Virus record (IMG/VR): IMGVR_UViG_3300045988_108148
Length of the DNA: 64,000 bases
Source: a virus
Direction: 5' to 3' (one strand)
Shown here: positions 51,901 through 58,145 of the stretch, in pieces
How positions within the stretch are numbered: position 1 is the first letter of the stretch
How the letters are laid out: each line of letters begins with the position of its first letter
Notes under the pieces: model-generated
The model's database searches: none
Told to the model about the DNA's origin: nothing
The model's input: the letters and a program-made list of their open reading frames with translations, nothing else
Translations under genes and position numbers: made by a program

Positions 51901-52263
51901 ATTAGAAAAGCAATTGATTATGGATATGCACAAACTGTTTGGAAATCACAAGGTAGTACGTACAGTAAAGTTTTAATACTCTCCAATGAAATTGATACGT
52001 TTGGTTATGGTAAAGATGTAATGCAATTAAGAAATGAGTTGAGATATGTAGCTGTGTCACGTGCTAAAAACTTTGTTATAATAAATTCAGAAGCAGAGAA
52101 TAAGAAGAAAGTTTCTATGCGAAATGAAATAGCCGAAGAAGATTTATTAGACGATATAGAATTTGAACCAGCTACAGAAGAACAAGCAATAAATGCATCT
52201 TTGCAGGATTCAATTGATGAGTTAACAGCAAATGGTAAACAACGTAGAAAAGAATGTGAATAA
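36994..52263 (+). CDS. giant multidomain virion protein (5089 aa) containing crAss-type two-barrel RNA polymerase, zincin motif, DUF1848-like Fe-S domain and SF1B helicase
   Basis: An uninterrupted 15.27-kb ORF. The motifs are listed as sub-features below. Confidence 0.85.
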   Translation: METSILDKYNAGLIPSKTNATTAAIRQVNAQHSPLTKIKTGYDRELEQTPIDDYEEMYLLDKENPEETLKDKSYLKDAWTTFMNSRDQINLMSERAKLAKDINPVLDDIDYELNFLSDKQKLKNLENTIPTLDENSEEYKNAISEYFQLQRTLADRQEQYDSILSKYGEKEGDNIDARIEYLSNSRKSWEEERSKVNEEINNIYSNLRERSENYTPSSEFRIKEQRAQDKPWYSPDYFLYAGPGLTGSSMATVNGYIADALATGALWLGRHYATTGALNAVPGIGAASNLIGWGSAIAATAASVAGNIYSRHRESLAQVYGAYRSRIEDSLKEQGIDIKQYAEIGRNQLKQQDPNIDVSKISDDEIIDRVISGEININDATLANAKRSLKDGLERVYDNNMALSAMDVAQSALVFAPLGKAMGKIITAPIKTALNPLLKTGTKLSEAAASKYNKLIDAYTGFNARLAYNSPVKNASLQAAKALGRLGFSATGEAFEEANQDIFDYDYISGKYDKKSSSVFQSLMGLADANYRTAKILSGIDTESELANDPQFWNDVKGGFALGLYMGGPTIAYHSGLKTYKDMTANSFVRDVVADHIGKKDAMIKAMSYSEMANKKLNYQQNVLDVLENYKYNLPEGITEQDLNDEIATANNIFSLSKSKVNQNIGKTIGYNPGTTEYNTLIGLQHLATIDAQEALDNANQAQEADNAFYTTLENDQMLNHYSPEEKLTAVALTKLNIQKQALEQLKTALESKPEENQQKFGITNESNAVGKSISKEIPNILKDIDAKLNQLSEGTRFSSNFIATPNLVNKGIDSYVNTMIANHDLLVAEHKMNEIFGNTLEDGKLINFNNASNESKKNIGKKIKERIDNYINNSDEASKIVEENAKDVVEAESAKEMSREAANQSDDQQPITNNETQVDNQVATEVEQEKATSPKTPIMDDRATSDIDTKIPVVEKEIKEDEEFPTKGLEELSKEFEETLAKVKEKKQEDTERKPKPEPKPVVETQEDEEDEIEFERADEKALIDLANSEAVSDEDDKKVSETYETSNPEVTEESQVKWARKKIATESKMNRRADMDSETRDLDESLEIEEMVQDKVSHTLFFNPDATTPIYPGTKPGKELAERIKDPNFFNDSFCEFVINKDYTEKGHKPYKENDPSTYDSASIIMLIHHGTGDYAMALKTPSGARTFLAAKLASIPKERLTEEDINLINNANDLSIADLRRFRNAVISTIESATNDEAVVPSTIVRTKGIPNVVRKDGRAVFRPIHEVKGLQIPTEITEITPENVTFGISDGIVKDSDIIGANGEMLPGKGGSGQLFIYPPKSSTLSNQMLPLQLTLQRFDRKQAEFLADLLINYGTNTNSEYRDTGVIAGELIDFMVRFGDATKVTTADKTFDWLKEKQLYIDDKSNLIVGEKTFNIGNLSTQDKKDIVEALMGFHWRVARKNFFSPIKEALPSVYDYFNNNSVDLLDIIPGISLTKDDFISSTPVYTMGVLEKAGIIRSDLDDQLFKDSFAYAEDVQKIPRKINNPEVKEAVENKASSLPNIPSTPEPQTEVTEDVTTSEVTTQDDSYIKEITNDGEIDPLSLGIDEDFDVPFRKVAGNISEVVTPEEIQWFRNKLGLPEDSLHIVEDAIALGGNEYAMGLVRKDSTILWKGAERGTLYHEAFHRVSLLTISPKERKKIYEFYRNRTGFVGSDKQVEEALAEDFRQYMLNKVDPELNLLKRAWKAIKNFISKWVWRTDTSIDNIFNRIDSGYYNRSKQDSAAVNEFLAAYKGAGAPFKIRNHKFKNITNTQFKETVNSLVGALFTLNNIRLRDDLQNLNYGVLKAALKPEITAKLVEKGTITKEQGEVRNEIYNTFDTVFKPEIINKLNEYQIRAVDKQENIDAEIDEKAVGNDVGDQMANYIQEQLAVSVKDNALASIKIFIATMPRTEFVMKQKTNPDGTVTQVQGVAAIKSPVTGLPLMVDFDKSWNTIINEIHSENTFKGMMDKSAKLAKVTPLFKTLYNELYKITNEYVQKKGIQEDEVQKIARENLQTQFRNTFRKARHKLVGILSEKVEDENGNEQTNLYVKDENANKVSKNILEGWNYNLITNSGVLDTSDNLFKAKVSESEEFVAREINNEFNKIIKIVEKYKTTPNKKLVNGQTYKEYVPEKLITIKNKIVDLLNKVGVEIDLESLNSFLTKEYYNSDSTESLVSMLSDRSNKGIYFFFNSKVKDLAKIQESGVVPGQYNRSITKYYDDSKFLGRLAETYAMLHPSSDELSVLSTDGKLLYPISEHNYLSDMVQRLDNDPATVEALTKVLYNTGNNTNPNYFKGSVLLTNLYNNADAKGKIGFETLVYFKEQGSADKGRKYTEISPLEDYIAKMTFTRAGRIILPTMGDSQTYNTLYGTAINNFKNPFDVSNGEIKFDAQILKRFINYFETELDTIEFNYKNENNLTEEQKVKNYDTGNRNGYRFRYFNGFFKLKERPTLNGIEFEKDFSNFNEALDLAEDLGGNEYGTSIISQIRNNWNKFSNAEKANLMNNYLWDAFKDELNYAQELGIIKWDGNKIASVTSLALPQKALEEASSHYKKSATVSNYSENLGAAEMIGNYFANTISSVIEFEKLFIKDPAYYKNPVDKIKRLREVLSTGVTPRIDYEEGNTMADLTEVNVGTLSDNVIVSRQADQIAEYAKRSAAIRLLQEMHNMTLDEAIRTYDSSEALPQDVEDAANLIVRDKFNGYLNPKGKVNQTDATVLISPEFYKELVRRVDGWTPQVAKAFDLLNDPNADLEADMDTYAEALAVTLKPLKFMYFGDHYDVGAKRDIPIFDKMAMFPVHRIFSTGDMGKVLEVMQSRNIHMLAFDSAVKVGQRAKEVKSRIYKDKTNKEIDMDSLMSMPTHKQSLANFRRQLITDPHHAERQMFVSQAQKAAMGNIRSAWKYTTPDGKVYNGDELINNFNGAHNAITEAGRREIERDFGITPDKPQVSVQRFAEIMQRKALSSNMNDNVINGLDVENGETVAPISGLSDNSWIESGLISMLNKSIVDTNLPGGMFIQMSSILYNRIAVTSDAQNERKLRFANTDGTMDCVISINLLKHIIPDYDKKTFSEAKKWLIDHDIVGPNSKALAMGYRIPAQGQASTAALKVVDLYPEQIGDTITLPDEFTSLTGSDFDIDKLFVARYNYDKNGNRIKFETKEDYTNRLREAGLDDETIVRKVYERYNGKTDFEANSKEANENMLLDMYISVISNPLNFAEARQPLDTVTDYLKDTILKEVDTITGQGKRTSKSQLYYATPAFQSRTKAELNGGKFGIGPFALANAHQVLTQLVKLRFKPNKILRDYGISNLYGIQSNDRNKINILDWLSALINAHVDVAKDPYIIRLNVRKLTFNMTNFLIRSGKGESTFYFLPQQILKDFAIEYDKYSGFYNVDTQNKNPESLAYRTIWNTYFEKAKSLSKGKYDQLLDFLNDKGVGVKQREKMFDVNYLKKQLKKEETFDWYYNQLLIMKTYQELNPFSRSLSELTTLSQIDTKRFGNNFGLQSAFLDKWKQFMVEQQVFEDPIKVFSNTFLGKKMQDALIFPRIAFQNTMIRLTPEFENLRTLIEFYTKGYAISDDTYINNITRSMEATYKAGFFNKYLAENGIKLSSLLGGPNSISKRLDRIKSDVRSGKYPDLLSSDGSFENVLINNIFSRPKEDTTELNGPDFIAYKPNKSGDNNLENEIIRAWEELWDSDYQEIRDFAKDLALYAFYTSGDAFGKNNIFRYVPNSIREEIGYFDYIRDLERNPDDAVKDIKVFQVIKDLWWNDHVVPTIDYYVLDSSRETIEEEGRPVYRALPHEDSGFTVVNKKGVEVQIPGIIYDKKSQSIISFNQNGQPIYPPFKKVKLDRNNDPRTTFLYEYIGINEDDAPVYRLINKKGMSYRGNILIESGRNRSVLKYNNVVPKGYEIMPEEQITWVTDLTPVKASLQAKAFNQAGEFNTDMLANIQQTVKTQQATEPLSYQEWVKDYQTQKGEADAEAAYQQYLDNFEYSRSQETQDINNSANTDNDPANFNDASSSKAIISSNATILTNEELRKLKPFVGNNPRIGVASEYTDPAFFSKQIIRVLNGEEVISDKFGRTFSGTDFNALYIITKHDGLPIENLLKHKIPKIIHFSITGLGGTKYEPGVMKPNDLLDRIQAMLKLGLDPESVTIRIDPIVPGVTSTKMIENIVKRASEMGIKTIRFSIMDQYKTTKKYMEELGYDYSKFYDGVSMHARDDVREQIETFMDSLIDKYGVTMSTCAEPLSSNSRIKRDACLSVNAVNNMLGTNVPQSAGTGKRKLCSCFGGKTDLLKYDNVCASSCAYCYAHHNNDNILKYYNEDGSLKDIPLTRVSKIDEQSPVQLNASEQPTTPAVEQPAITDTTKGFSLEPFINKIFPDWKSKLPNLPEELAAEFMSWSIVPGIDEWSIKDRIEKYKDFEIEEETREAIKRGDKEGIVQGIANTISYELAKDGITERDLFINLFGQSYVDKVDRYVAEIKAEVQKEKDTTKEFLDYANQFGFTDEAASLAKDLPKAVEEAKKVEEEYVFTFNDGFKINLPFSLNDQQKSALYELEKFIEDGGTEITLSGYAGTGKSTIIGIFSKWLNNRIGRGNIVYTAPTHRANVITKQNNLNANVYTLSALFGFTPDTDIAMEQGSLDLRELEFRAKNQMKYEPGQLIIIDEASMVQDGLYEYIQEIVAKHNGSVIYVGDSAQLRPVKSDHISKVFTSDGVPQITLTKVERTGDNPILKEATRLRRGEGLSYQTDINDKGQGVLYTSDDAIIDKNLKQIVTSEEFNADPLHFRVLTATNAAASTYNSKIRSLRYGKFAKPFVKGDIIMGYSNKLRKPDGSYRLINSGDYIVQSVKDTNIKFKTDKGDIEFKAFNLSIRPTGGTIMDDFQLTVIDKNEPDSKLFEVVEYKDRLWKMAKEAKQNGQISKYRDLVQMAYNVDNELNITKNLEDNQGRLKIRKAIDYGYAQTVWKSQGSTYSKVLILSNEIDTFGYGKDVMQLRNELRYVAVSRAKNFVIINSEAENKKKVSMRNEIAEEDLLDDIEFEPATEEQAINASLQDSIDELTANGKQRRKECE
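37714..37923 (+). other. glycine-zipper/hydrophobic membrane-active segment of giant protein
   Basis: AGPGLTGSSMATVNGYIADALATGALWLGRHYATTGALNAVPGIGAASNLIGWGSAIAATAASVAGNIYS. Confidence 0.6.
41986..42000 (+). other. HEXXH zincin metallopeptidase motif (HEAFH, aa 1665-1669)
   Basis: Context GAERGTLYHEAFHRVSLL with downstream EEALAEDFRQY as a possible third ligand or Glu helix. Confidence 0.55.
46453..46467 (+). other. DxDxD catalytic motif (DFDID, aa 3154-3158) of double-psi beta-barrel RNA polymerase
   Basis: The context MGYRIPAQGQASTAALKVVDLYPEQIGDTITLPDEFTSLTGSDFDIDKLFV parallels the NRAPTLH...NADFDGD region of beta-prime. This motif type is known from crAss-like virion RNAPs. Confidence 0.8.
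49189..49990 (+). other. DUF1848-like Fe-S (radical-SAM/SPL-related) domain, aa about 4066-4332
   Basis: The ordered motifs are VASEYTDPAFF, IITKHDG, IHFSITGLGG, RIDPIVPGV, IRFSIMDQYK, STCAEP and GKRKLCSCFGGKTDLLKYDNVCASSCAYCYAHHN. They match the DUF1848 pattern (ASRRTDIPAF...FWTK...RYDPI...ETCAE...CGC...C..C.YCYAN). Confidence 0.65.
50670..52090 (+). other. SF1B (RecD/Dda/Pif1-like) helicase domain, aa about 4560-5035
   Basis: Motif I GYAGTGKST, Ia VYTAPTHRAN, II LIIIDEASMV, III VIYVGDSAQLRPV, V YAQTVWKSQGSTYSKV, VI LRYVAVSRAKNFVII. Confidence 0.85.
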
Positions 52264-52265
52264 TT

Positions 52266-55200
52266 ATGCAGTGTTTAAATGTTAAAAATAAAGAGGTTGC
52301 AGCTTTACTAAAGCAATATACAAAGATATTGGGTAATGAAAATGCTGCATATTATGTGTTATCAGAAAACAATGGTTATGGTTTAGATAAGGCTCCCAAT
52401 GGGGAGCCATCTAAGCTATTTTCAGATTTAGTTAATCATTTTAATGGTAATAAGAAAGAAGCTATACGAACAAAGTCATTAATATATTCTGCACAATTTA
52501 GACAGATAAGAAACATTGTATTAAATAATGATGGAGAAGTATCTATAGATGTGTTATTAAATAATTCAGATAAAATAAATAACCCATCATACGTTCCAAA
52601 AAAAATACATGAAACGTATAATAAACTTATTCAAGCTTTGTCAAGGCGAATAAAAGATATTCAATATGCAAAATATAGTGACAGTAAGAAAGTAGATGAA
52701 CTAAGAGCATTGGAATTTAAATTAAATCAATTGGAAAACGATCAAGCTACTTTTGAATTTGTAGATTATATGGCAAGTGACGTAATATCCGCATTAAATG
52801 AAGTAAAGGCTTTACAAACCAAAGTAAATGAAAACCAAAAGTACAATAACCCGCTAGATCTAACTTCTGCAGAATTAGATATGATAAAGAAAGGTTATAT
52901 TGGCTTTTATGGTAACATTGCTACTAATATCCAGAACATGTTGGATGATGAATCTACGTTTGACTATTTAAATGATCCTCAATTAGTTGAGGATACAAAA
53001 CAAAACTTAAAAAGGACTGTAGGTGACTACTATGAATTAGTAAGAAACTATAACAATTTAGCAGACATTGTTGCTAAAGATAATTTTATTAGAGAAGCAA
53101 CTAAAGCCGGTTCATTTACTATAGATCATCTTAAAAAAATATTAGATGAAGGTGATGTGGATATAAATCTATGGGATCAGTGGGCAGGTAATACACAATA
53201 TTCTAATAGTGAGTTAGTACGTATAATTCTTAACAAGATAGTTAATACTAAAAATAATGTTGCTGAAAAAGAACTAGAAGTAGGTAAAGAGCTTGTAGAA
53301 ATACTATCACATGTAAATAAATCTAAGTTAGCTTATATGCATGAAAAAAATAAAGATGGTCATAAAACAGGCTTTATAACAAGAGACTTAAATTACGGTC
53401 AACACTATCAAGATTACTTGGAACATCAAAAAAAGTTAGCCGAAAAGTTAGGATTTGGAGATAAGGATATTGCTGAAGTACCTAGTTTATTGAATCCAGA
53501 GCAACTAAAGAAATGGAATAAAGCAAATAATGATTGGGAAGCTAAGCATACAATTCGTAAGTTTACTCCAGAGTATTACGAGCTAACTAACAGTCTTAGT
53601 GAAGAAGCAAGATCTCGTAGAGATTCCATAAATATGGAAATAAACCTATTGTTAAGTACTACCGTTGATAAGAACGGAGATTACCACAGAGAAGATTTAT
53701 CCGATGAAGATTATCTAAAATTACAAGAGTTAGAAACTAGACGTAGAAATTTAGCTAATCCATATTATCCAGATGGTTCAGTAAAAGTTGGATTAGATAA
53801 AGAAATAGCAATAGAAATGAGAGAGTATAATGAAAAATTAAGAGAGAAATTACATTATACTCCAAATATGGAAAAATTTAACAAAGCTCTACAAAATGCA
53901 AAAAAGAACTTAAGTCCAGAAAAATTTGCTAAGTGGGAACAACGCAATACAGTTGATCAAATAATTGAAGAATTCTGGGACGATATTAAAACTCTTTCAT
54001 CAAACGCAAATAAATCTGATGATCAAACACTATATGAAACGGCTAGAAAGAACATGTTAAGACTTTACACCAGAGAAGATGGTAAAGTAGATGTTGATAG
54101 CATGCCTGACCAAGTAAAGTCGTGGATTAATACTTATGATGAATTGATTTCTGAGGAAAGTTTGAAAACTCGTGATAAATCAAAGAAATCCAAAGTAATG
54201 GACATAGCTGAATGGGAAGTAAACCCTAGATTCTATGAAGAATTAGAAAGAGTTGAAAAATTAGGTCAAGCTGAATATAATGCGTGGGTTTCTATAAATG
54301 CTAGATATGACTATGAAGGAAATCTTGTACCAGCTTCCTTTTGGAAGAAATTAGTTCCGAAGAAAGAGTTAAGATCTAAATACATGCGCAAAGTACCTAA
54401 CAGATCCTGGTCTGAAATCGATAAAGAATCACCTTTCTACGATAAAAGATTTACTAAATATGCAGATCGTGGAGAAACAAGAATTCCAAATCCTGAATTG
54501 TATGACAACAGTGCAAATTATCGTAAAATAACTTCTGATTCAAACTTAAAGAAGCTTTATGATAAACTTGTTGATGTAATGGAATTATCAAATTCTAAGA
54601 TTCAATTCTTAAAGTATGAAAACAAATATAGACTACCACAAATAGAAGGTGGGGCATGGACACAAATCCGAAGTAAGGACAATATTTTAAAGGGGTTAGC
54701 GTATGCAATAGAAGATACTTACACTGTAAAGGATGATGATACTGCATATATGTTGGAAAATGCTAAACGATCAGATGGGTCACTTGTTAAACTTATACCT
54801 ACTAGGTATATTAAGATGTTATCAAATCCAGACGCTTTAACAAACGATATAGTAGGATCTGTCATTGCTTATTACAAAATGGCAGAAAATTATGAACAAA
54901 TGAGTGAAATTGCCCCAGAATTAGAAGTAGCTCTTGATTTTGTTAGTCGTACAGATTTTACCGATAAGAAGGGTGGTAGAATACAAGGTTTGGAAAGTAA
55001 GACATATGATAAATTAAAATCTGTACTAGATCAATTGGTATATGGTATGGAAAAGAATGCATTAGAATTAGATGTTCCTTTACCAAAAGGCAAACATGTG
55101 ACAGTAAGTGTTGGTAAGTTAGCTGCTAATTTAGCTGCATACACTAGAATACAAGGCATAGCTCAAAATATGAATGTGATTCTTACTGGTCTTATTACAA

Positions 55201-56426
55201 ACAAAATACAAAATAGACTCGAAGCAATCTCTGGTATATACTTTGGAAATAAGGAACTTGCACAAGCAACAAAATTAATTATACCGTCATATGCGAATGC
55301 AATAAAGAACATAGGTCATTCAAACAACAAAGACAAGGTTCTATGTTATATGGAGTATTTAGGTGTAGTAAGAGAAAATGCTCAAACCTTTAGTAAACTT
55401 AATCAATCTAGATTTTTAAGAGCATTAAATCAACACTTCTGGTATTTTGGACATGAAATGTCAGATTATGTAACAAAAGGTAAAATGGCATTGGCAATTG
55501 GTCTATACTATAAATATGATCCTGAATCTGGTAAATTCTTAAATAAGAACGAATTCCTAAGAAGATTTAAGAGCAAAAAGGAAGGCAATGCCAAATGGAA
55601 TACTTTAGGTATAACTTTTTATGATGCATTTGAAGTTAAAAACAACAAACTAGTAATAAAACCAGAGTACGCTAAATCTCTCGATGAAGCTACTATAAAC
55701 AAAGTTAGAAATACGGCAAAACAGGTAGGTACCAGAATTGACACGCAATTAACAGATTTGGATAGAAGTAAATTACATGCAACTGTGATTGGACAATTGT
55801 TGCTTATCTTCCGTAACTTTATTTTGGTTAACTTACAAACTAAGTTCTTAACTAAACGTCAATTTAACTATTCTACAGGCATGTGGAGCGAAGCTCAAGT
55901 ACCAGCTGCAGTTAAATATGTATATAGACATTACTTTAATCAGAACAAAATAGATCAATTAAAGGAACTATATCAAAATCATTATGATGAATTGGACGAT
56001 TTCGAAAAAGGATGTCTTAAAAGAGTTACTTATGAAGTTTTATTTTCCACAGTAGGTTTCATGATCATTTCTTCTCTTATCAGAGCAATGGCAGATGATG
56101 ACAAACGTAATTGGTGGAAACAAGAAGCAGCGTATCTTACTCTAAGAGCTTCATTAGAGACACGTGGTAACATATTACCTATTGAAGTAATTAACTTACT
56201 TAATACTCCTACTGCTGCATGGTCTACTTTACAATATTGGGGTGACTTAACTACAATGATGTTGAATGATCCCACACAAGAGATAAAAAAAGGTCCATAC
56301 AAGGGTATGAACCGATTCCAACGATCCTTAATTAAGGCTACTCCTTTAAGAAGTATATGGGAAGCACAAGATCCAAGATCAAAAATGGAGTATTACGATA
56401 ACATGATTTCAATATTTAACTTTTAA
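52266..56426 (+). CDS. large internal virion/ejection protein candidate (1386 aa) with C-terminal TM helices
   Basis: The ATG lies 2 nt after the giant ORF stop. It is coiled-coil rich, with hydrophobic helices IGQLLLIFRNFILVNL and VLFSTVGFMIISSLI near the C-terminus. It is the last gene of the plus-strand block. Confidence 0.55.
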   Translation: MQCLNVKNKEVAALLKQYTKILGNENAAYYVLSENNGYGLDKAPNGEPSKLFSDLVNHFNGNKKEAIRTKSLIYSAQFRQIRNIVLNNDGEVSIDVLLNNSDKINNPSYVPKKIHETYNKLIQALSRRIKDIQYAKYSDSKKVDELRALEFKLNQLENDQATFEFVDYMASDVISALNEVKALQTKVNENQKYNNPLDLTSAELDMIKKGYIGFYGNIATNIQNMLDDESTFDYLNDPQLVEDTKQNLKRTVGDYYELVRNYNNLADIVAKDNFIREATKAGSFTIDHLKKILDEGDVDINLWDQWAGNTQYSNSELVRIILNKIVNTKNNVAEKELEVGKELVEILSHVNKSKLAYMHEKNKDGHKTGFITRDLNYGQHYQDYLEHQKKLAEKLGFGDKDIAEVPSLLNPEQLKKWNKANNDWEAKHTIRKFTPEYYELTNSLSEEARSRRDSINMEINLLLSTTVDKNGDYHREDLSDEDYLKLQELETRRRNLANPYYPDGSVKVGLDKEIAIEMREYNEKLREKLHYTPNMEKFNKALQNAKKNLSPEKFAKWEQRNTVDQIIEEFWDDIKTLSSNANKSDDQTLYETARKNMLRLYTREDGKVDVDSMPDQVKSWINTYDELISEESLKTRDKSKKSKVMDIAEWEVNPRFYEELERVEKLGQAEYNAWVSINARYDYEGNLVPASFWKKLVPKKELRSKYMRKVPNRSWSEIDKESPFYDKRFTKYADRGETRIPNPELYDNSANYRKITSDSNLKKLYDKLVDVMELSNSKIQFLKYENKYRLPQIEGGAWTQIRSKDNILKGLAYAIEDTYTVKDDDTAYMLENAKRSDGSLVKLIPTRYIKMLSNPDALTNDIVGSVIAYYKMAENYEQMSEIAPELEVALDFVSRTDFTDKKGGRIQGLESKTYDKLKSVLDQLVYGMEKNALELDVPLPKGKHVTVSVGKLAANLAAYTRIQGIAQNMNVILTGLITNKIQNRLEAISGIYFGNKELAQATKLIIPSYANAIKNIGHSNNKDKVLCYMEYLGVVRENAQTFSKLNQSRFLRALNQHFWYFGHEMSDYVTKGKMALAIGLYYKYDPESGKFLNKNEFLRRFKSKKEGNAKWNTLGITFYDAFEVKNNKLVIKPEYAKSLDEATINKVRNTAKQVGTRIDTQLTDLDRSKLHATVIGQLLLIFRNFILVNLQTKFLTKRQFNYSTGMWSEAQVPAAVKYVYRHYFNQNKIDQLKELYQNHYDELDDFEKGCLKRVTYEVLFSTVGFMIISSLIRAMADDDKRNWWKQEAAYLTLRASLETRGNILPIEVINLLNTPTAAWSTLQYWGDLTTMMLNDPTQEIKKGPYKGMNRFQRSLIKATPLRSIWEAQDPRSKMEYYDNMISIFNF

Positions 56427-56449
56427 AGCCACAAAAATTTTAACGGCCA

Positions 56450-56956
56450 TTACAATAAAGCCCCTTCAGTTTTTACTGTTGGGGCTTTTCTGTATTTTAA
56501 ATCTTGTAGTGGTATATTTTCACCTGTTGGTTTTACTACTTTTGCTAGAGGATTAAATAGATACTCATGAACTTTGCTATCGACATTAACATTCCAAAAA
56601 TTTAATATTTTTAATTTAGCTTGATAACCCAAACGTTCATATAAACCAAGATTTATCTTGTTTACTATGGAATGAATTGAATAAGCTTTATTAAAAACAT
56701 ATACTCTGTAATTAATACCATAAATAGTTAATGTATAATCGCAATAATATAGTTTGTGCTTTCTTAATCTCTCTATTAAGTAAGATTTAGTATTATGAAA
56801 TACTAAAAAAATATGATTTGAAAGTAATGGATTATTCATATCACTTGTGTACATATTTACAAACTCATTACTTTTCAAATCATATTTAGTAAAGGTATCA
56901 TAAAATATTTGAGGAAGTGAAAATATACTATGCTTTGTATACTTATTAATAATCAT
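56450..56956 (-). CDS. hypothetical protein (168 aa)
   Basis: Long ORF whose start overlaps the upstream nuclease gene stop (ATGA-type coupling). Confidence 0.5.
   Translation of the reverse strand: MIINKYTKHSIFSLPQIFYDTFTKYDLKSNEFVNMYTSDMNNPLLSNHIFLVFHNTKSYLIERLRKHKLYYCDYTLTIYGINYRVYVFNKAYSIHSIVNKINLGLYERLGYQAKLKILNFWNVNVDSKVHEYLFNPLAKVVKPTGENIPLQDLKYRKAPTVKTEGALL
56457..56499 (+). terminator. hairpin terminator at the convergent module junction (overlaps the 3' coding end of the minus-strand gene)
   Basis: An 8-bp stem aaagcccc / ggggcttt with a 16-nt loop, followed by tctgtatttta. It lies 31 nt after the plus-strand stop. Confidence 0.45.
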
Positions 56957-57948
56957 AGTAGTTCTGCTCCATCTCCTTCATAATATTCTTTTACATGATC
57001 CCATAAGTCATTATCTCTATGCCAAGCAATACGTTTGATAGCATCTTCAATAACACACACTTTGGCTTCAATGTATTGATTTTCAATATTAAAAACCTTT
57101 ACTTCATAACCGTCATGACTTTGAACAGCTATTATATATGTTTCTCGTGTATATTCTTCTAAATCTAGTTTTAATTCATTTTTAAAATACCAATAAATTG
57201 CAAACCAGTAATAAGCTAATTGTCTACAATAGTCAAATTCTTCTATAGAATGTCTGAAATTATACACATCAGCTGTAGTTTTAATATCAACGAGTACTAC
57301 TTTCTTATTTGTATGATCAATCATTACTCTATCGAGTAAAGATTTACAAGGAAAATCTCCTAATTTAGAAGCATTTGGAAATTCCCAATTTATATGAAAT
57401 TCATTGTGAACTTCAAATGTTTTCGGATAAGCAAATAAAATCTCATTTGCTTTTTTATGCTCTTGCATATTTTGCTTTATGGTCTTTAGAAGAGCCAAAT
57501 CAGCAAAAGAAATAACTTTCTTACTATCTTTATTTCTAAAGTATTCAATGTAGTTTTTGTATAATTCTACTAGTTCTTTTGCTTCTTGAATTCTTTTATT
57601 AATGGGTTTATTATTACTATAAGCTGCATTATAACTCATTAATAATATATCTTCTTCAGTAGCAAAAGGATCGGTTAATCTTGCAGTAGAATAAAACTCT
57701 AGAAGATCTTTTTGTTGTTTTACTTTAGGTACTGCAAAGTCTAAAATAATATAATCATTCCAGAATTCTTCTGGTTGAAGGATATATTCATGAATCATAG
57801 TTCCTTTATCTAAGAAACTTGCTTTTAATCCTTCAATTTTTCCATCTAGCATATCTTTTAGATATCGGGGTCCCTTTTTAAGGAACCATCCGATATTTGA
57901 ATTAGATATTCTAGACATATCCTCATAATAAGGTATGCTTATATCCAT
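56953..57948 (-). CDS. PD-(D/E)XK (RecB/Cas4-like) nuclease
   Basis: Motifs GTMIHEYIL, DRVMIDHTNKKVVLVDIKTT (D...D.K) and RQLAYYW (QxxxY). Confidence 0.6.
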   Translation of the reverse strand: MDISIPYYEDMSRISNSNIGWFLKKGPRYLKDMLDGKIEGLKASFLDKGTMIHEYILQPEEFWNDYIILDFAVPKVKQQKDLLEFYSTARLTDPFATEEDILLMSYNAAYSNNKPINKRIQEAKELVELYKNYIEYFRNKDSKKVISFADLALLKTIKQNMQEHKKANEILFAYPKTFEVHNEFHINWEFPNASKLGDFPCKSLLDRVMIDHTNKKVVLVDIKTTADVYNFRHSIEEFDYCRQLAYYWFAIYWYFKNELKLDLEEYTRETYIIAVQSHDGYEVKVFNIENQYIEAKVCVIEDAIKRIAWHRDNDLWDHVKEYYEGDGAELL

Positions 57949-57950
57949 AA

Positions 57951-58145
57951 TTACTCTTCTAACTTACTTAAACGATCTGCTTCTACTAGTTCATTAACGA
58001 ATGCAATGTCATTAAGTTCGTCTGCTTCAAAGTAAATATCTTGTTCAGTCTGAGACATTACTTCATTATTCATATTTTGCTCGTCTAATTGTAAGTTAAC
58101 TAATTCGTAATTCTTCATAATCGTAAATTTTAAGTTATAGTTCAA
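57951..58145 (-). CDS. small acidic protein
   Basis: A 64-aa ORF tightly packed between neighbours. Strongly acidic. Confidence 0.4.
   Translation of the reverse strand: MNYNLKFTIMKNYELVNLQLDEQNMNNEVMSQTEQDIYFEADELNDIAFVNELVEADRLSKLEE

Noticed and set aside
3219-56302. About 40 short ORFs (60-146 aa) nested antisense or out of frame inside large genes. Examples are 3219-3449, 8489-8698, 14724-15110, 19965-20264, 22976-23218, 24884-25324, 28214-28408, 30037-30420, 33179-33541, 40521-40910, 48999-49376 and 56030-56302.
   Set aside because: All are fully contained in longer, motif-supported ORFs. Their translations are low-complexity (Ser/Leu/Ile/Phe-rich), as expected for chance frames in AT-rich DNA.
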